Assembly: GCA_964016885.1 (NCBI GenBank)
Contig: OZ024741.1
Location: 139,624,001-139,688,000, forward strand
DNA from: Eledone cirrhosa
Taxonomy: Eukaryota
Direction of reading: 5' to 3'
DNA length: 64,000 nucleotides
Under the pieces are notes generated by a model, which searched no databases, was not told the origin of the DNA, and worked only from the letters and a program-made list of their open reading frames with translations. The position numbers and the translations under genes are program-made. Shown here piece after piece: positions 11,324 through 25,711 of this stretch. Each line of letters opens with the position of its first letter. Position 1 is the first letter of the stretch.

Positions 11324-14300
11324 AATAATAAAAAAAAACAAAAGAAAATCCCGTGACCAAGAAATACCTGGATGGCGGCCGGTGGGGAATAACCGTGTCT
11401 CTAGGGGAGGACGAACTCTCTAGGCTTGGTTGACACTTGTCCTAGGAGTCGTAACAGGAAATGAATACCTCTTGGCGGGTAAGGCTAAAACGCAACAAAA
11501 TAAAGCCAATGTCAAATGATAAAATCTCAAACCGCATGGGCCATCACCCGGGTCAAAAAGGGCCACGTCTCTCAGAGAGGAACCAGACTTGGGTCGAAAA
11601 ATCAGCTAATGGTTCAAACTACCCATCAATTCGGAGCTGGAGACCACACATGACCGGAATACTCCTACTGTTGGCCCCCCATGTTCACCACCAAGAAATC
11701 CAAAGAAAAAGAGAGAAAATTGGCCAAGGGAAGACAATAAAGAAATGTTTGGGGCGTTCTACACTACCATGTACTACCCATCAAATAGATCGAATACAGA
11801 ATAGACATATATCAACTGGAAAAATAAATATCCCGAAAACAGAGGCTATATTGAGAGTAACAAACTAGCTAATATACGAAGAAATATTGTTAAGAAAAAG
11901 TTACTAACTGATATAGAAATTGATCAGTAAAAGCAATTAGCACAAATTCAGCAAATGAAAAATAAATTGTAACATTTCGAATCCCAGGGTTGGGACGGAA
12001 TCACTGAGAGCAAAATAATTAAGGAAAGGATCGAAAAAGTGGAAGGAGTGCATACTCAAGATGAAACTCAAAATGAAAACAATGAGCTCGTAAATGATAA
12101 TGAAATGAATGAGAATGAACTCGCCAACTTGAAGAATGAAATTATGATCGAATGGATGAAAATGAAAGAATCTGACTTGGGGGAACGAGACACTCTCCCT
12201 AAGATCCGGAACTCCAAACAGAACCAAAGGATAATATACAAGACTAACATAATTCTCAAAAACATTATCATCACAAACAAACTAAACATTACTGATCTAA
12301 ATCATCTCTATTATGCATCGGCCAAAGTCACAACTCACTTATGTGGAGTGAAAATTAAAAAAAAACAGAGGAATTCCCAGAAGTAACCTACTTGGCATGA
12401 GAACATCAATCGCCAAATAAAACCTTCTCCGATCTGACATATAAATGTTCACAAAGAACAAAGTAGGTGAACACGTTAAACAAACTAAACTTAGAAAATT
12501 GAAAAGAAAATACAATATAAAATCAACAAACAACATAGACATGCTGATAGAAACAATCAAGCAAAAAGTGTCGGCCAAAGTTGCTAGTATAAGTCGCTTT
12601 GAAAACGATCTAGATTCTATAAGGACAATAATATGTTCAAAAACAACCAAAAAAACTTTTGGAAGTCAACAATAACTGCTAAATCAATACCACCCGAGGA
12701 GGAAGTGTAAGAATTCTGGGAAAAGGTCTGGGCCGAAGAAAAAGGTCATAATATACATGTCCCATGAATAGACAGACAAAGGAAAGATACAGCTGACCTT
12801 GAGGAACACACATGGGAAAATATAACAGTTGAACAGATGCGTTTAGCTCTTAGAAAATCCGGATGGAAATCACCAAGGAAAGACAAAATACAAACTTTTT
12901 GGACAAATGCCTTCACAGAGTCTCATGAGCTGTTAGCCCAACTTTACAATGAAATAGTTAAGGAGCTAGAAAAGATACCATCATGGCTAGTTAACGGCAT
13001 TACATCCCTACTTCCCAAGAACGATGAGACAAACAATCCCAAAAATGACAGACTGATAACTTGCTTGACAAAAATGTATCAAATTTTAACATCAGTCCTA
13101 AATGAATATACATATGACCACCCGATAACAAATGACCTATTTACCAATGAGCAGAGAGGATGTAAACGAGGCTCATATGACTGTAAATGATCAGCTTTTG
13201 GTTAACAAAATGATACTGGAAGATTGTCATAATAGACACAAAAATCTATCAATTGCTAGGATAGATTACAAAAAAGCATTCGATAGTTTGCCACACAGTT
13301 GTATTGAAAGGTGGTTAGAAATTTTCAAAATATCTCCCGTTGTCAGGAGGTTCTTGTCATTCAGTATGAAGACATGGAAAACGACACTCCTTTTGAATAG
13401 TGAGAAAAATCACTGGAAGCTGGTGAAGTTAATATTAATTGTGGAATTTTTCAGGGTGACTCTTTATCACCGCTTTTATTCTGCATCTCACATATACAAT
13501 TAAGTAAAATGCTCAGTGGATATAAAGTCTATGACAAAACCATTAATTACGTGTTCTACATGCATGACCTGAAACTATTTGCAAAGAATGATGAGCAATT
13601 GCAAGGGCTACTATCCACTGTGAAGCAGTTCAGTGATTATATTAAAATGGAGTTTGGGCTAGATAAATTCCCCAAAGTCACGTTCACCAGACGAAAACTA
13701 CTGAGAAGTTCAGACATTAATCTTGATCGGGGGAATGTGATAAGAGAAATTGATCAAGAGGGAACTTACACATATCTAGGTATTTGTGAAGGAGACGGAA
13801 TCAAGTACTCAACAATGAGGGAAAGGATAAGGAAGGAATGTTACCGCAGAGAAAGAGCAATCTTAAGAACGGAACTGAATGCAAAGAATAGGATCGATGC
13901 CATAAACACGCTTGCCATACCAATAGTAACCTACAGTTTCAATTTCATCAACTGGTTAAAGACAGAGAGCCGTAGGCTCGATACAAAAATTAGAAAATTC
14001 TTAACCATGCAGAGAATGCATGTCAAATGTGTAAGCATTTTGACCTGCCCCATCAAAAGAATTGGTGGGACCATCAACCACCTCCCATACTTTAAAAAGA
14101 TTACGTTTCAATCTTGTGGAACTTTAGCATCCAAACAGACCGAAAAATAGATGCAAATAGACCTGATATAATACTGAAGGACTTTAAAAAGAGGGTATGC
14201 CTGCTAATTGAAATGTCCGTTCCAATAGACAAGAATGTATATATAAAAACATTTGAAAAATTGAACAAAAGTAAAAGGACCTGGAGATAGAAATTGGAAA

Positions 14301-14640
14301 AATGTGGAAATTGAGAACTAAAACAATACCAGTGGTTGTAGGCGCTCAATGAATGATACCTAAGGGGTCTAATGATTACTTATCGCAAATTCCAGGAAAC
14401 CCGCATACAGGAGAAATACAAAAGATAGTACTAATGGGAACTGCCAATATACTAAGGAAGATTCTGTCAATATAGGTACATCACAAGTCTAAACACCTAA
14501 AGATGCATGTGTGTATATGTATGTTCTTTCTTGAACATGAAGGACCTTGTTGTCTCTTGAGTTCACTGGTTGTGACTTGGTGATAACTCATATGAACATA
14601 AAGCAAGATAAATGCAACTATAATTATAATAATAATAATA
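11324..14640 (+). mobile_element. R4/Dong family B, near full-length but heavily degraded
   Basis: RT motifs ([32 protein letters not shown]) and an RLE remnant (RPDIIL.D). The 3' UTR differs from family A. AAT tracts at both ends. Confidence 0.85.
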
Positions 14641-15168
14641 CCAATAGTAACCCACAGTTACAATGTCATCAACTGGTCAAGCACAGAGTTACGTATGCTC
14701 GATACAAAAATTAGAAAATTCTTAACCATTCAGAGAATGCATCACCCTAAGGCAGATACAGATAGAATATATCTCTCTACGAAAGAAGGAGGACGTGCAT
14801 TCATCCAGTTAGATATTGCGTTGAAAACTGCAACAATTGGATTAGCTACATATCTAAGGGAATCACATGATTAGATCATCAAACTCGTTTTGAAGCACAA
14901 AACATCAAATGATAATACTACATTACAAAAGATGCACAAAGATAAAGTAATGGCTTAAACATTTCAGAAGTCCCATTTACTGCTGAAATGGAAAACACAG
15001 AAAAGGCAAAGCAGGTAAAAGTAACTGCAAAGAAAGAACTGCTACAGAAACTGGCTAAGAAATGGCAACAAAAGCCTCTGTATGGAAAATACCCAGAAAG
15101 AGACGACGATCCTAATTGTGACAAAATATTAACCCATCAGTGGTTGGCATCCTCTGGACTGAAATCGG
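14641..15168 (+). mobile_element. R4/Dong family B internal fragment
   Basis: Repeats 13920-14020, then continues HPKAD.DRIYL..EGGR and WQQKPLYGKYP..WLASSGLKSE. Confidence 0.8.
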
Positions 15169-17692
15169 AGAATTGCATAGAACTGTTATGCAATGTTACC
15201 TGAAGAGTAACACCAGGGAAAAAGGCTATAGGAAACGGATGCATAATATCTGGGATGAGATTGGTCTATTTAAATTAGATGAACAAAAATTGGCCGGGCA
15301 GGCCCGGGTAATAAACACTGATGGATGAATAAGCGAGTGGAGTATGCCGGGAAAACGAGTCAGTGGGAAATGAAGATGAAGAGGTTGAGAGACCGGAGAA
15401 AGCATCCGAAGCAGACAATGATCTGAATGCTGACATAGATAATATCTGGAACAAGGATGTGGCCATTGAGGAAATGAATGCTGACGGGCTAGGACAAGAT
15501 TTGGTTGATATCCTAAACTTAGTGGTAGATGAAAAGAACAATGATAGTGGGAAACCTATGAACCTAAGATTTGTAGACAGGAAAATGTTTGATGTCGGGT
15601 GAGGTACCAGAGTGGTTGACAAAGGGTACCACAGTCCTGGTAATGAAAGACCGAATCAAGCGTAATGATGTTACCAAATATATACCTATCACATGCCTAT
15701 CCGTAATGTTGAAACTGTTAACAAGCATTGTGTCTGAGGAATCTACCATCACCTCCACACAAACAACTTGTTACCGAACGAACAGAAAGAATGCCGAAAG
15801 AAGTCCCGTGGTACAAAAGACCAGTTACTTATTGATAAGATGGTAATGAGGAATTGCAAGAGGAGACTCCGTGATCTTGCCATGGGATGGATAGACTACA
15901 AAAAGGCATTCGACATGGTATCTCATTCTTGGAAAACCAAAAGCCTAGAGATCTTCAAGGTGGCAGATAACATCAGACAGTTGTTGAGCAAAAGTATGAA
16001 GTCCTGGAAAACAGAGTTAACATGGGGTGGAGAATCCATGGGAAGCGTGAAGATCAAGAAAGGTATCTTCCAGGAAGATAGTCTGTCCCCTCTGTCGTTT
16101 GTCCTTGTCCTGATGCACCTGACCATTATACTGCGAAAAGTGAGAGCAGGATACAAGTTGGGAAATGGAGAGCTTACCATCAGTCACATCCTCTTCATGG
16201 ACGATCTTAAGCTCTTCGGTAAGTGTGAGAAAGAGTCCGATGTGCTTGTTGACACTGTCCGTATTTTCAGCAATGGTCTATGTATGTAATTTGGTATTAA
16301 TAAGTGTGGAGTTCTAGTGATGAAGAGGGGTAAATTGAGCAGAGGCAACGGAATCCAGGTACAAAAAGGTGAGATGATAAAGGAAATTGACACTTAGGAA
16401 GGATACAAATATTTAGGTGTTATTGACGCTGATGACATCAAGAATAAAACAATGAAGGAATTGATGAGATCTGAATACATTCCGAGAGTAAGGAGCGTAT
16501 TTAAATTACATCTGAACAGTAGGAATATCATAAGTGCATTAAATTCCCGAGCTGTGTCTATTATTAGGTACAGTGCTGGAATTCTGAGATGGAATTTTGC
16601 TGAACAAAGAGAAATGGATATGAAGACTAGGAAGCTATTGACTATCTACAACATGTTCCACAAGAAGAGTGATGTCGATAGACGCTACTTAAGGAGTTCT
16701 GAAGGGGAAGAGGTCTTATCTGCATAGAGGACTGTGTTGAGATGGAGAAAAACAACCTACACAAATACGTGACTGATAGTAGGGAGCCAATGCTCAGAAT
16801 TGTACTGAGGGAGAGCACAATAGACCAGGGGATGTCCAGGGAGGGAATAACAACAAGGAGAAACGGCAACCTTCATGAAAATCCCTTCATAGTACCTTCT
16901 TTGAGAAAACTGAATATAGAGATCCACAGATATGGAACTGGTTGAAAAGAGGAGACCTTAAAATGGTTACAGAAGGAATGCTAATGACTGTGCAAGAGCA
17001 GGCCCTCAAAACGAAGTGGGTGAAACACCATATTTACAAGGAGGAGGCTAGCCCACTGTGTACGATATGTGAAAAGAGAGAGGAGACTGTGGCTCACATT
17101 GTATCCGAGTGTAAACACCTAGCAGAGACTCACTATAAAGGCTGGAGACATGATGTGATGGGCAGGGTGATACACTGGCACCTATGCAAAGTAAACAATT
17201 TACCACATTCTGAGAAGTGGTATGAGCATAAGCCAGAGTCCGTAATAGAAAACAATCAGGTGAAGGTGCTGTGGGATTTTAGGATACAGACGGATAAGAA
17301 ACTGGAACACAAATTATAGTGCCTGATTGTGGATGTAGCCTGCCCATTTGACACGAGAGTGCAAGAGAAGAAAAGGCAGAAAATTAACAGATACCAGGAC
17401 TTAAAGTGGGAGGTAAAAAGGATTTGGAACTGCCATGAAGTCAAAGTGGTCCCGATCGTCATAGGCGCACTAGGTACTATCTCACAAAGTTTCCAATGGT
17501 TGTTAAAGAAAATTGGTTCCGCCCCGCTTTTGGGAACACTTAAAAAGGCACGCTTGCTGGGAACAGCAAGAACCCTCCGATACGTCCTGAATATCTGAGG
17601 CTGCAGGTAGTGGCTTGATATTCATTTCAACAAACTTTCCAGTTAAATAACATCAATGACTGAGACTCAAATAATAATAATAATAATAATAT
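15169..17692 (+). mobile_element. R4/Dong family A, internally deleted degraded copy
   Basis: Colinear with the 47.2-50.7 kb copy apart from a deletion near 15585. RT and RLE motifs, (AAT)n tail. Confidence 0.9.
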
Positions 17693-17925
17693 AAGAGAAA
17701 TACAATAAATAGAACTAATGGGAACTGCCCATATACTAAGGAAGATTCTGTCAATATAAGTGCATCACACGTCTAAACACCTAAATATGCATGCGTGTGT
17801 ATGTATGTTCTTTCTTGAATATGGCGGATCTTGTTGTCTCTTGAGGTCACTTGTTGCGGCTTGGGGATAACTCGTACGAACATAAAGCAAGATAAATGCA
17901 ACTGTAGTAATAATAATAATAATAA
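17693..17925 (+). mobile_element. R4/Dong family B 3' tip
   Basis: Near-duplicate of 14410-14640, with an (AAT)n tail. Confidence 0.85.
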
Positions 17926-17929
17926 AAAT

Positions 17930-18722
17930 AAAGAGACCTTAAAAATGCTACAGAAGGAATGCTAATGGCTGCGCAAGAGTAAACCCTCAGAACGAAGTGG
18001 GTGAAACACCATATTTACATGGAGGGGGCTAGCTCACTATGTAGGATCTGTGGAGAGAGTGAGGGGAGACTGTGGCTCACATTGTATCCGAATGTAAACA
18101 CCTAGCCCAGACTCACTATAAAGGCTGGAGACATGATGTGATAGGTAGGGTGAACCACTGGCATCTATGCAAAGTAAACAATTTACCACATTCTGAGAAG
18201 TGGTATGAGAATAACTAGAAAACGATCAGGTGAAGGTGCTATGGGATTTTAGGATACAGACGGACAAGAAATTAGAACACAATAGGCCTGACCTGGTGGT
18301 TCTGGACAAGGAAAAATGATCGTGCCTGATTGTAGATGTAGCCTGCCCATTTACACGAGAGTGCAAGAAAAGGAGAGGGAGAAAATTAACTGATACCAGG
18401 TCTTAAAGTGGGAGTTAAAAAGGATTTGGAACTGCCATGAAGTCAAGGTCGTCGCGATTGTCATAGTTGCATTAGGTACTATCTCAAAGAGTTTCCAATG
18501 ATGGTTAAAGAAGATTATTCCAGCCCCGCATTTTGCAACACTTCAAAAGGCATGCTTGCTGGGAACAGCAAGAACCCTCCGATACGTCTTGAATATCTGA
18601 GGCTGCAGGTAGCGGCTTGATATTCATTTCAACAAACTTTCCAGTTAAATAACCTCAATGACTGAGATACAAAGAACAATAATAATAATAAAGATAATAA
18701 TAATAATAATAATAAAAATAAA
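17930..18722 (+). mobile_element. R4/Dong family A 3' fragment
   Basis: Matches 16950-17690, with an (AAT)n tail. Confidence 0.88.
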
Positions 18723-21216
18723 GTGTTCCTTATTTAATCCCATTCGTCAGCATTTGAGAAAAATATCGGTAGGATAAAAACGAAATATACTGCATCAATC
18801 GCTTTAAAGTGCTTCCAATTAAACGAAAATTAGAACCGTATCAACATCATAATCGATATCATATTCCTATATCACTCTAATATTTAATTTTTTTTAAATT
18901 TCAATTACATACCAATGTGTACTTTAGAAAATGTATTTAGTTGTTCTGCACAACTGAAGAATTGTTCTAGGAAAATAGCCTGGATGGCTGTCTTATGTTG
19001 ATAATTAGAGTCGATATAGTGTTGTAAACAGAATGGTTGCTATTTGGAAAATGTTCTATTAGTTAATTTGCCCTCTATCTGTTTCAGTCATTAACGACCA
19101 AAATCACTTATTAATAAATGCGAATACGTGTGCATGTGTGCACATCAATTTCTGGCGTCAACAGATTTAAGTATTGTATTCTAGTGTTCAAATGAATAAA
19201 CTGCAAAATTAACTATGCCGTTGCAAGCTTTATCTTTCTCATGCCACGAACCATCTTTCAATTATAAGCAATTCGCTACACTGCGTGATCTTAGAATAGA
19301 GGCTATGGTTGTTCGAGATTCAATATTAAAATGTTATTAAAAAACGGGTACATTTTCGAATATTATCGATGGTACTATTCTCTTCTGTTTCAGTTATACA
19401 ACTGCTTATTACTGGTATCTATGCCTTCGTTGCCTAATTAAGTTGTGAGGGACTCATTTCGTACATAATAAACGTCGTTGTAATAAATTAAATATAATTT
19501 TGTATGAAATATATAGTTGCCAGTTTGTACAATTTACATGTCCAAGATACACTATGAAACGCGCACACAAACATCACAAGACAACTGCTCTGTTGAAGGT
19601 ATTTCTGCCAGTGTTTTCATGTCTTCCTATAAAATATGTTTTCTGCGCATGTGATTTACAGCAATTCAATATTTTATATTTTAGGATAACTGATAAACTG
19701 CCAATAAATAAATATGCTAATGATTTATTTTTCAGTAATTGACATGGTTGATTTAAAAGTTTACGCTCAATTCAATTATGACAATGTCATTCAAACTGTA
19801 CACAATGCTAGCTTTCATTACAGAAGATATATATATATCAAATTTCAATATATATTCAAACGAATGACGTTTACTGTCATTCATTAATGTGCGAAGCTTC
19901 TTGTGTTATTTAAATACAGTTCGTAAACATTTCGGTTCTACTCTTATTGTAATCGATGAAATACGAAACTTTTCATACAATTTAATTACTAGTGTTTAGT
20001 TAGATAATACGTGTGAGGTCTTGTTAAACTCTGTATATGATTATACAATTATCTGGTGAATCATTGTCACTAATGTTTCCCCTAAAACACACTTGAGTGT
20101 GCTTAAAATATCACACCTTGTAGAACACCTTCTGAAAACACAAATATCATCATTCCAAACAAACGAACACGGATATCAAATGAAGTGCTAGAGCAGGTTT
20201 CTCATCGCGATTGCCGCCATCAGTGTTCTCTTATTTCCTCATGTACTTACCAAATCATTCTAATACAAACTTTACAATGGTAGTCTAAGGGAAATGAGCG
20301 GATTTTACAACAAATATGATTTTGAAGACCTTATTGCAAATTACTCCGAAATTATCAAAAATACAGTAAATCTTTATTTTTGCAACTATGAAAATATTAT
20401 TAAAACTATTCGCCTATGCTCGCGGTGAAGAAAGGAAATAGCTAATTGTCAGATCTGACAAATTGAACGGTGTTTCGATGATACGATCTGCTGGTTACAA
20501 CACAAAACGCACGGAATATTTTAATTATATATGGATTTTAATCCATAATATAGCATGTACACATGAAAGATAAACGGTAAAACATCAATATTATGGAATC
20601 TAAAATTAAGTAGTGCTACAAGGGATTATGAGTGTATTTTAAATCAATTACGTGCACGTTTCCATTATTAAACTGTTGTACAGGAACTGAATATTTATTT
20701 CATCAACTTGAAGCCATCAAATTTATATACGCAACAAAATAATTCTACTCAAAGATAAAAAAAAAACGCATCTGCAAAGAAAAGAATGTTAATATACATA
20801 TCAGTTTAATTAAAAGACATTTGAAAAGAATATTTAGTTGAATATTGCTTAAAGCAGAACTGCCTGATTATATTTGCTCAGTGCATTGCACAAATGAAAT
20901 ACGTGCTATTGTTTAAGTATGTTTTCTTAACAGGATTTACATAACGGTATGTATTAAGTCTTAATTATGTGTAATAAACGTTAACAAAAGCATGTTGTCT
21001 TGAAAGACAGCAGATTGGAAATCAAATGGGGGAAAAAAACAGTTCTCATACAGAAAAAGAGTCCAAAATTTATATCTAATATATTTCCAGAATATAATGT
21101 ATAACACTCATTAATAAACATAATCAAACAATACATTGGCGACATCGTTTTACATTTCCCAATGCGAATGGTTTTACATATATACGCTCACACACATACA
21201 AATATATACACACCCA

Positions 21217-21278
<62 letters not shown>

Positions 21279-23462
21279 TGTATGTGTATGGGTGTCTGTC
21301 TGTGTGTGTACGTGTGTATGTGTGTATGTGTGTGGGTATGTGTGTGTATGTGTGTGTGTGTGTGTGCAATTGTGCCATATGCAGTATAAACATACGAAGT
21401 TGAAGATATGTAAATACAGAATAAATATAACAGACAATTTAACTGTGTTAGCTCTGATCGATCGACAAGAACCCATATCTCATTCGCTTGCTGGGTGGGA
21501 TGGAACGCTTTAAATCGGACCAAGGAAACAATGTTTCCATTGGTCTTTCCATTACTGACATATAGGTGTGTAATCATGCTAAATATAGGTGTTTATATGT
21601 AGTCATGTCCAAAATATGTATTTAACTGTCAGACGAATATATTATAAAACCCTTTAGCCTGTTTTCAAGACAATACGTAATCGTGGGACTTATATACCCA
21701 ATCAGATATAGTATCAAGATATGGACTTAGTATAAATTGCAAATCATGGTATTTTATATATCTCACAGACAAGCTCATCTCCACGCACACACTCATGCAT
21801 AATCATATAGTTATTTGCATCACACCAAGAGGGTAATACATTAACAGCGGCATACCTGCATACTCACATAACTATACCTCACAAATGTATGAGCATCTGG
21901 TGATGTCCCATGGAGACTGTCATTGATATAACCATTGCAAAAACTAGTTGTTAACATATATATATACTGCAATAAAACAATTATGTAAATGTAATCCTGT
22001 CTTAACCATATTTCGTAATTATATATTTAGAGGGAGACTGACAGAGAGAGAATAGAAGTAACCGAGACTGCCTAAATGTCAATATAGAGTTGCATATTTT
22101 TTATGATACATGCATAGAAACATGACAAATATATGTATTCCCTTGTAAGATAAAAATATGTTGAACACATTTATTTATAATAGAGGTGTACATGAAGGCA
22201 TATATTACATGCTTATGTCAAATAAACGTACAATAATGTGGCTTTGACTCTTTTAATCGGATGTCTTGCCTAGTCTGTATTTCATATCCCAAAAAGTTCA
22301 TTTTGATATAAGCTATATCATTCCCATCTCAGAACCGAGTGTGTAAACGTTGCTGTAGTCGAGCGCGCGGAATTTCTTATTGAATGCATTTTCAATCAAA
22401 AGCTGTAATGTCAAATGGATATCTTATAGATCAGTTCACCCGTTGAAACGCGTTATAGTTATGAGGATCACCTCTACTACTAATCACAAATATTTTTTTT
22501 AAAAACTACTCTATTGTGTTATTATGTTCACGCTATTTCAAGTAGGTCAATTAAACGTCTAGGATTTTCAGGAAGGAATGGAACTGATTTTCAGAACAAA
22601 CTAAGAAAACAATGTTTCCACTTGTATTACAGTTCGTGGTAATATCTCTCGTTCACCTGATAGGAGAAGAAGCGGTAAATATATGATTTTCTTCTGGAGA
22701 ACAACACGCACCATCCTGTCCAGCATTCGAACCGAGGGATTTGTAACCATGTGTCCAATACACTAAGCAATTGGCAGGCACATTAACATACTATTTGTCT
22801 GGTTGTGATATGTAAATTGTTTTTGTTCTGAAATAAGTGTCCTGCAGCAAATACAGATTTACTTTTAGTATAATAGAATATCTATTCAATAACCTTCACC
22901 TTTGTCAAATTCTATCGAGTATTTCCAAGCTGATTTACTGAATTGAGGAGGAAATCGCCAGTAGCAGCTGAAGAAAACAGTTATTCCAGAAGGAGATTAT
23001 CAAAGTAAGAAATCACTCTACTGGAAAGTTCGTCTCTGCTGACATGGAAATGCACATTAATATGTCAAATCTTATACAGCCATTTCATCGTTAGAGATGC
23101 CGAAGAGATTAACTTTACATCAGTTTTCAGCGATATCCTTTAATTTACTTTAAATACTTTTAAATATGGCAAAGGAAAAGTCTTATATAATTCAATATCA
23201 ATATTGATTATTCTTCTAATCTAAATTATTTTCATTTGGGGAATAAATCACTTCCCAGTCTGCGTTGTTCATGCAAATGCGTATTGGAACAGATTAGCTG
23301 CAATGTTTTTTTCTACCTTTGTGTCTATTGTTTCACCAATGTTCGGCTTCTAAAATATTAAAATACATGCAGATATATACTTATGCAAATACTTCCTGTT
23401 CACTAGTATTGCCTCTCCCTACCATTCTGCATCTCTCGGTCTCGATATATATATATATATGG

Positions 23463-23642
23463 GAAAATGTTTAACCCCGACGGCAAAGCTCAAGCGGTTT
23501 CGACGGCTATTTCTGGACCGTCGAAGCGGCTTGAACTCTGCCGTCGTGGGTTAAACATTTTCATATTACCCACTCTACTAGCCTAAGTATTGAGTACTCT
23601 GGTGCGTTATGGTCCATCTGGTTCCTTACCACATTTCCTTTG

Positions 23643-23645
<3 letters not shown>
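23463..23645. repeat. Fold-back hairpin element in (TA)n, probable PLE pseudo-LTR end
   Basis: Imperfect ~100-bp hairpin at 23463-23562, followed by ACCCACTCTACTA..AAGTATTGAGTACTCT. A second family member is at 39065-39225. Confidence 0.6.
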
Positions 23646-23707
<62 letters not shown>

Positions 23708-24184
23708 TGTATATATAGTGTATTTGGCTTAATTTAAAGCATTTTGAAGACATTACGCTATTGGTTTAAAGAATCTTATATTCTATAAGAATCCAAAATT
23801 TATGATTTTCAACAAGCGAACGTATATGTCTTCATATACACCATACTTAGACACCAAACTATTGCTAGTACTAAGTAATCATAACCAATGAAGTTCAGTC
23901 AAGTTCACACTGAATTCAAATGAAGTTCAGGTGATGTTTTATACACAACAAGAAAAATATACAGGAATACAAGTGATCAGCGTATATTTGCTTCAGTACC
24001 GAGTGCTAACATGTCACCGATATCATATAAAAACGTAAAAATAAAATATGTCTGAAATTCTCATACCGCTACTGAGACGGTTGTGACATGATAAAAACTT
24101 GAAATATTCATTCGAGACTCTTATGGGTTTATTTTACACACACACAAACACACACACACACACACACATACACACACACGCGCC

Positions 24185-24250
<66 letters not shown>

Positions 24251-24369
24251 AGGTGAGTTTTATTGTAGTACAATAAAGCAATGCAGATATCGGATAAGAA
24301 GCACTCTACAGTTTGTAGGACTGGAGTATGCATAATATAAGATCAAAAGATGGTTAAAGGAGTTCCATG

Positions 24370-24440
24370 TATTTTATTATGCGCATTTCAAAAACAAACA
24401 TCATCATGCATTAATATTTGTGTTTTCATCAGATAAAACA
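24370..24440 (-). ncRNA. Minimal type I hammerhead ribozyme
   Basis: TTTTAT-CTGATGA-stem II-GAAA-TGCGCA-TA-ATAAAA on the minus strand. Confidence 0.8.
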
Positions 24441-25711
24441 GGAGAACATCATATGAAGGCTAAAAAACACTTGTGGATAGTGCAGTTTTAAATCAACATA
24501 TAAAAAGGGGTTTAAGATTGATGTGTGATATTGGGAAAAATATTTTATTTAGAGAGGGGGGGGTGGAAAGGATGAAAAGGGAAGGAGATGAGAGGGAGAG
24601 ATGGGTGATAGAGAGAAAGAGATAGTTTTTATAACTGAGAGGAGATATATTGTTTTACATAGAGAGGTTGAAAACCGTTGGAAGATAATGTATGAATTAA
24701 AAATTTTGAAAATTAACGAAGGGAGGATATGTGCGAGGAAAAAATATTTTATTTAGGGAGGGGGGGGGGATGAAAAAAAGGGGGAGGAGATGAGAGTGAA
24801 GGTGGAGAGGGAGAGATGGGTGATAGAGAGAAAGAGATAGTTTTTATAACTGAGAAAAAGATATATTGTTTTAACATAGAGAGGTTGGGAACCGTTGGAA
24901 GATAATGTATAAATTAAAGGAATTTGAAAATTAACGAAGGGAATTTATGTATGAAGATAGAGAGAAAAAAAAAATAATAATTGTGGATGAATATTCTAAC
25001 GTCAAAAAAAGAAATGTATGTATTGTGGCAATTTCAAAATTAACGAAGAGAAAAATTATTAAGGTTTGTGTGTAGAAGGATTTGAGAAAAATAATGTGAA
25101 GTTAAAGTTTGTATATTGAAGGAATTGATACTATATGCGAATAAAGAATTAATATGTATTAATAATGAGTTCGTTGATGGGGAGAAAAATGTAATAAATT
25201 AAGGATGAAATTGAGATTAAAAAGATTTATGATAGAGAGAAAAAATAATAATTGCGGATGAATATTCTAACGTTAAAACAACAAATGTATATGTTATGAT
25301 TTTACAAGGTGAAGATAGAATGAGGGTAATGAGTAAACAAGTATTATAGAGTGTATAATGCCCTTTAAAGTAAGGTAGATGGGTATATTTTAAAGAGGTG
25401 TATGTATATGTGCCTTTGAGAAAAGATTCTAAATTGATAAAGAATTGAATATTAACTGTATACTTTGTGAAAAGTTCTATGGAATTTATGCAGGCAGATA
25501 GAAAACAAATCTGTGCGTCTATTTATTATAGAATCTAGGTTAGAGATAATGGTAAATGTTTCATTTAGGCAGTGATTACAGATTTTAGATAGAGAGCTGT
25601 TCAAGGATGAGGATGCAGAAGAAATCTTCTTCCAAAAAATGGTATATTTAATATTTTTGTCTTTTAAGGACCATATGAGTTCTGAGAGAGCAGTGTTGGT
25701 TCTTTTAAGTT

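Noticed and set aside
18730-23440. Host exons in the unique-looking AT-rich stretch (splice-like sites near 20250 and 23005)
   Set aside because: No coherent reading frame or recognisable protein. Short exons cannot be excluded without transcript data.
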